Source: the human T2T-CHM13v2.0 reference genome, Homo sapiens. Taken from it: DNA of 64,000 nucleotides. Numbering within the stretch: the first letter of the stretch is position 1; the number at the start of each line of letters is the position of its first letter. The notes below the pieces were generated by a model. It had not been told where the DNA came from and did not search any database. It saw only the letters and a program-made list of their open reading frames with translations. The position numbers were made by a program, and so were the translations under genes. Where the stretch lies: assembly GCF_009914755.1 (NCBI RefSeq), contig NC_060927.1; one strand, 5' to 3'. This document shows positions 58,475 through 64,000 of this stretch, piece by piece.

Positions 58475-58778
58475 CAGATTGAATTGAATATCCCTTCTTC
58501 AGAATGCTTGGAACCAGAAGTGTTTCAGATTTCTTTTCTTTGTTGTTGTTGTTGTTGCTGTTGTTGTTGTTGCTGTTGCTGCTGCTGTTGTTGTTGTTGT
58601 TGTTGTTGTTGTTGTGTTTTAGAACATTTGCATTATACTTACCTGGCTGAACATCCCTCATCTGAAATCTGAAATCCTCCAATGAGCAGTTCCTTTGAGC
58701 ATCATGTTAGTGCTCAAAAAGTTCTGAATTTTGGAGCATTTCACATTTTAGATTTTCAGATTAGGAATACGGAACCTA
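58475..58778. mobile_element. Tigger4a-like MITE containing a triplet repeat
   Basis: Colinear with the element at 53896-54131. Confidence 0.75.
58541..58615. repeat. (TGT/TGC)~25 interrupted trinucleotide repeat
   Basis: Directly visible. Confidence 0.95.
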
Positions 58779-59264
58779 TATCTTGTAATTTTTGTATTTG
58801 TCCAAAAGTGGTAATCATCAGTGAACCAGTGAGTGATTTTTCTTTGAGTCTGATGCACTCACTTTAGTGCTGGGGTGGGTTTTTTGTCTTACGTAAAAGA
58901 AGATCCTATGGCTTGTGACTTACTTATGTCTATCTAGTGATAGTACAGACTTGAGAGTTTATGAAAGAATGTGAAAATCCTTGTTCTTACCCATATTCTG
59001 TTGGGACTCCTTTAATTGTAGGTCAGAAATGGTGATGTCTACCGCATTTGACTTCTTAAAAAATAGCCAAGGAGATAGATTTGTTTTTGTCTTTCTTTTA
59101 CCCTTTTTTTTCTGTCATCCACTGACTCTCAAATGATTTATTTATGTTTTTAAAATTTTAGGGTAATATAAATGGTTACTACTAAAATTCCCTTTATGTT
59201 ATAGATTTAATTGGAAATTGTACTATTATTATCAGCACTAGACTTAAGTTTTTGAGATTTGTAG

Positions 59265-59586
<322 letters not shown>

Positions 59587-59600
59587 TAAAGGTAACACCT

Positions 59601-59865
59601 GGCCAGGCATGGTAGCTCACATCTGTAATCCTAGCACTTTGGGAGGCTGAGGATGGAGGATCACTTGAGCCCAGGAGTTCAAGACCAGCCTGAACAACAT
59701 AGCAAGATCCTGTCTCTAAAACAGATTATCTGGGCGTGGTGGGAAGCTGAGGTGGGAGGTTGCTTGAGCCCAGGAGTCCGAGGCTGCAGTGTGCTATGAT
59801 TGTGCCACTGCACTGCACTCCAGCCTGGGTGATAGAACAAGACCCTGTTCCCCCCTCAAAAAAAG
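59601..59865 (+). mobile_element. AluJ with an internal deletion
   Basis: Linker and start of the right arm partly missing. Confidence 0.85.
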
Positions 59866-60452
59866 TTAACACCTATGCAGTGCTTAGGCCTAGTGTGTGC
59901 CCAGCAGTGTTCAAGTCCTTTAACTGTACTAATACATTTCATCTTTGTAACAACTGTCTGAGATAGGCACTGTTATTACCTTTGGTTCATGGATGAGAAA
60001 CAAGTCACAGAGAGATGTTAAGTGACTTGCCCAAGTAAGTTGTGAAGCCAGGAATCAAATTCATGCAGGGTAGCTCCAGGACCCTCCCTCTCAACCCCCA
60101 TAGTTATCTTCATCTGTAGAATGACAATAAAAATAGTTATCTCCAAGAATGAATGTGAAGGTTAAATGAGACAGTGTATGTGAAAGTATTTGGTAAACTG
60201 CAAAAAGCTGTGTAAGTAGAAGTCTACCATGTCTTTTGATAATAATTCTGGTGGTAAGTGGGAAGGAAGTGTCACTCACTTCTCTCCTAAGTGTCCAACA
60301 CTTAGAAGTGTTTCCTAACATTATGTGCTTTTACAATGTGATTAGTAATACTCAACATGAGTGAGCGACCACATGAATTTCTTCTGATGCTCCTTTGTAA
60401 CCCCAGACTCGGAGTTTGCATCAGTCAGAGAAAAACTCCAGGGTCTCCCTGA

Positions 60453-60770
<318 letters not shown>

Positions 60771-60875
60771 CTTTGTTAACTTTTAACCATATTGCCATTT
60801 TAAGCAGGTGCACAGCACTGAACATTTGCCAGTGATGTTATTAACCACTGGTAACTTTACCAGCAGAATAGATAG

Positions 60876-61169
<294 letters not shown>

Positions 61170-61291
61170 GATCTTGCAAATACAAGTCTCACTCTTCACA
61201 CTGAGCCTGTACCACTGTTGTAACATGGGAAGACGTGAAGAAGAAATAATCTGAGCTTTAATTATTTATATTTGGATATAAGGTCTGCTTA

Positions 61292-61297
61292 AATAAA
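61292..61297 (+). terminator. Candidate proximal QTRT2 polyadenylation signal
   Basis: AATAAA about 120 nt after the stop codon. Confidence 0.45.
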
Positions 61298-62511
61298 GAA
61301 TCTTTGTACCAAACTGCCCACATGAGGGTGAAGAGATTTCCTCAAAAGACTTAAATGACCTGGATTGATCAGAGAGAATTGAACTGTGACCTTTAAGACT
61401 TCTAGACTAATTCTTTTAGTTGATAGAGATTCATTTAGTCAAAGACAAAAGCTTTAACTGTGAGGGCACAGCCTTGAAGTGGGAGTGATGAGATTCTGAG
61501 GGACCCATGAATTGGATTGAGGCTTGAGGGGAAATGGTGTGAGACGAATGGGCTCTGGACATATGCCTGTTGATTTGAGAAGAAATCTGGCTGGTTTGAG
61601 GGTTTCCTTTAGTTCACCCTCATACTCTCAGGAGACTCTTCTGGATACTTTTGTCTTCCACCCTGCCCTGGCAGTGCAGCCAATCAGAAATGGCTCTTGT
61701 GACTTAACTGGGCTTGGATATCCCTGGAATGTGGGGCTTGAACATTGCTCCTGTGATGATCATCTGTCCCAGGTCACACTCCTTCATTTGACCACATGGC
61801 CTATTTGCAACTTCTTTTTAGAGCCAATGTAATTGCCTGTTAGGAGCCAGAAGTTTGCCCAGCTGCTTTCTTCTGGTTGTACAGATCCATTGTGGTCTGC
61901 CTTCCAGGCTCATTAATAGTCTAACTACGTAATAACTGAAGACCTATCTCTTGTGAAGATTCATTCTCAATGTGTTCACTTGGACAGAGCCCTGCCTGGC
62001 CTAACGATTAGAGGGTTAGTCTCCATCCTGCTCAGATATGACTCCTGGGCAATTCACTTAACTTCTCCATGGCTGCTTCCTGCTGAATAAATAGGGACAG
62101 GCATAATGGATAGGAATGAATGAACTTTTAAGATACTGTCTAGCTCTAAAATTGGAAGAACAAAAAGTTTTAGATTAGAGTCATAGCCTTAATAGCCCTA
62201 GTTGTCATCCTGGGAGACAGGCAACAGTAGAGATATTTGAGAGCCTAAAGAGAGGTTTGGCCTGTGGGTTTTTAAGTGGTTATTGAATTGGTATCAGGAG
62301 ATCCTGAGGCTGGTAGGGGAAGGTAATTCTTTCTAAGTTACCTCTGTATTTTTCAAGTTTTCTATAAGGAATACACATACACCCACATGCACACACCATA
62401 GTTTTTATACAAACAGCAATAACAAAACCAAAAAGATGCCCCTTTTTTTGTAGGGATAAGAAATACATTTGTTTTATACTTCTATGCTATATTTTGCTAT
62501 TCAAAATTTAG

Positions 62512-63220
<709 letters not shown>

Positions 63221-63573
63221 ACCCATCTACATGGTTTTCTTTTTCTTAGTATGGGAGTGTCCATGAATAAATTCATGGGCATCCTCATAACTCTTCCATG
63301 AATGGCAAGGGGTACTTATGGAAAACAGTTTTCCAAAGATCTGATTGTTTTGAAATGTGTTAGATTGGACTTGTTCAAATGTTCATATTTTTGTTCTATG
63401 CTAAATGCATCGTTAGGGGAGTAGTGGTAAATATTCCAGAATCCATATGAAATTCATGAGTTTATTTATGTCTAAAACACTGAAAACTGTGTCCAATATC
63501 GTTCAGTTTCCTGGGTCTTTTTCTTATTAGCACATTTGAGAAAAATATTCCTTTCCTTTATTGTAGTAAATCT

Positions 63574-63595
63574 ATTAAAGGCAATAGCCAATAAA
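63574..63595 (+). terminator. Candidate distal QTRT2 polyadenylation signals
   Basis: ATTAAA at 63574 and AATAAA at 63590, followed by GU-rich TGTGTTTGGCTTTCTGT. Confidence 0.55.
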
Positions 63596-63817
63596 ACATT
63601 TTTAATTTTAAAAATTTACTGTGTTTGGCTTTCTGTAAATGTAGTAGGTCTGTTAAACAAAATATTAAATTTCCATAGTACCAGAAATGTTGTAGAGATT
63701 TCTCATTGGAAGAAAAAAATGTTTATCTGTATTCATTGTTTTGAGAGCTTCCATGATAAATGTAAAATCCAAAAAGATATTTAATTATATACATTATGAA
63801 GATTCCCTTATCTATCT

Positions 63818-64000
63818 TTATTAATCTGTTCTTGTGTTTCTATAAAGAAATACCAGAGGCTGGGTAATTTATAAGGGAAAGAGGTTTAGTTGGCTTACAG
63901 TTCTACAGGCTGTATAGGAAGCATGGCACCAGCATCTGCTCCTGGTGAGGGCTTCAGGAAGCTTACAATTGTGGTGGCAGGCAAAGGGGAAGCTGGTGTA
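63818..64000. mobile_element. Second MST(B)-like LTR, runs off the window end
   Basis: CTATAAAGAAATACCAGAGGCTGGGTAATTTATAAG. Confidence 0.8.

Noticed and set aside
58467-58682. Poly-Cys and poly-Asn ORFs
   Set aside because: Translation artefacts of the triplet repeat inside a MITE

Overview
This is primate DNA, almost certainly human (chr3q13 locus, recognised from the proteins). Two genes sit head-to-head on a shared CpG-island promoter at about 31.5-32.4 kb. On the minus strand are coding exons 1-7 of CCDC191 (KIAA1407), giving 324 codons; the gene continues beyond position 1. On the plus strand is the complete QTRT2 (QTRTD1) gene, the accessory subunit of queuine tRNA-ribosyltransferase: two 5' exons plus eight coding exons that splice by hand into an exact 415-aa ORF. 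The rest is intron rich in Alu, L1, L2, MIR, Tigger and MaLR repeats. I see no new multi-gene system. The best second-look items are: an exon-2 switch that turns one upstream ATG into either a 12-aa N-terminal extension or a uORF; an unusually weak GC splice donor; an AluY with an apparent ~215-bp target-site duplication; an orphan retro-insert; and several short locally templated insertions. Repeat family names are from memory of consensus sequences and their boundaries are approximate.
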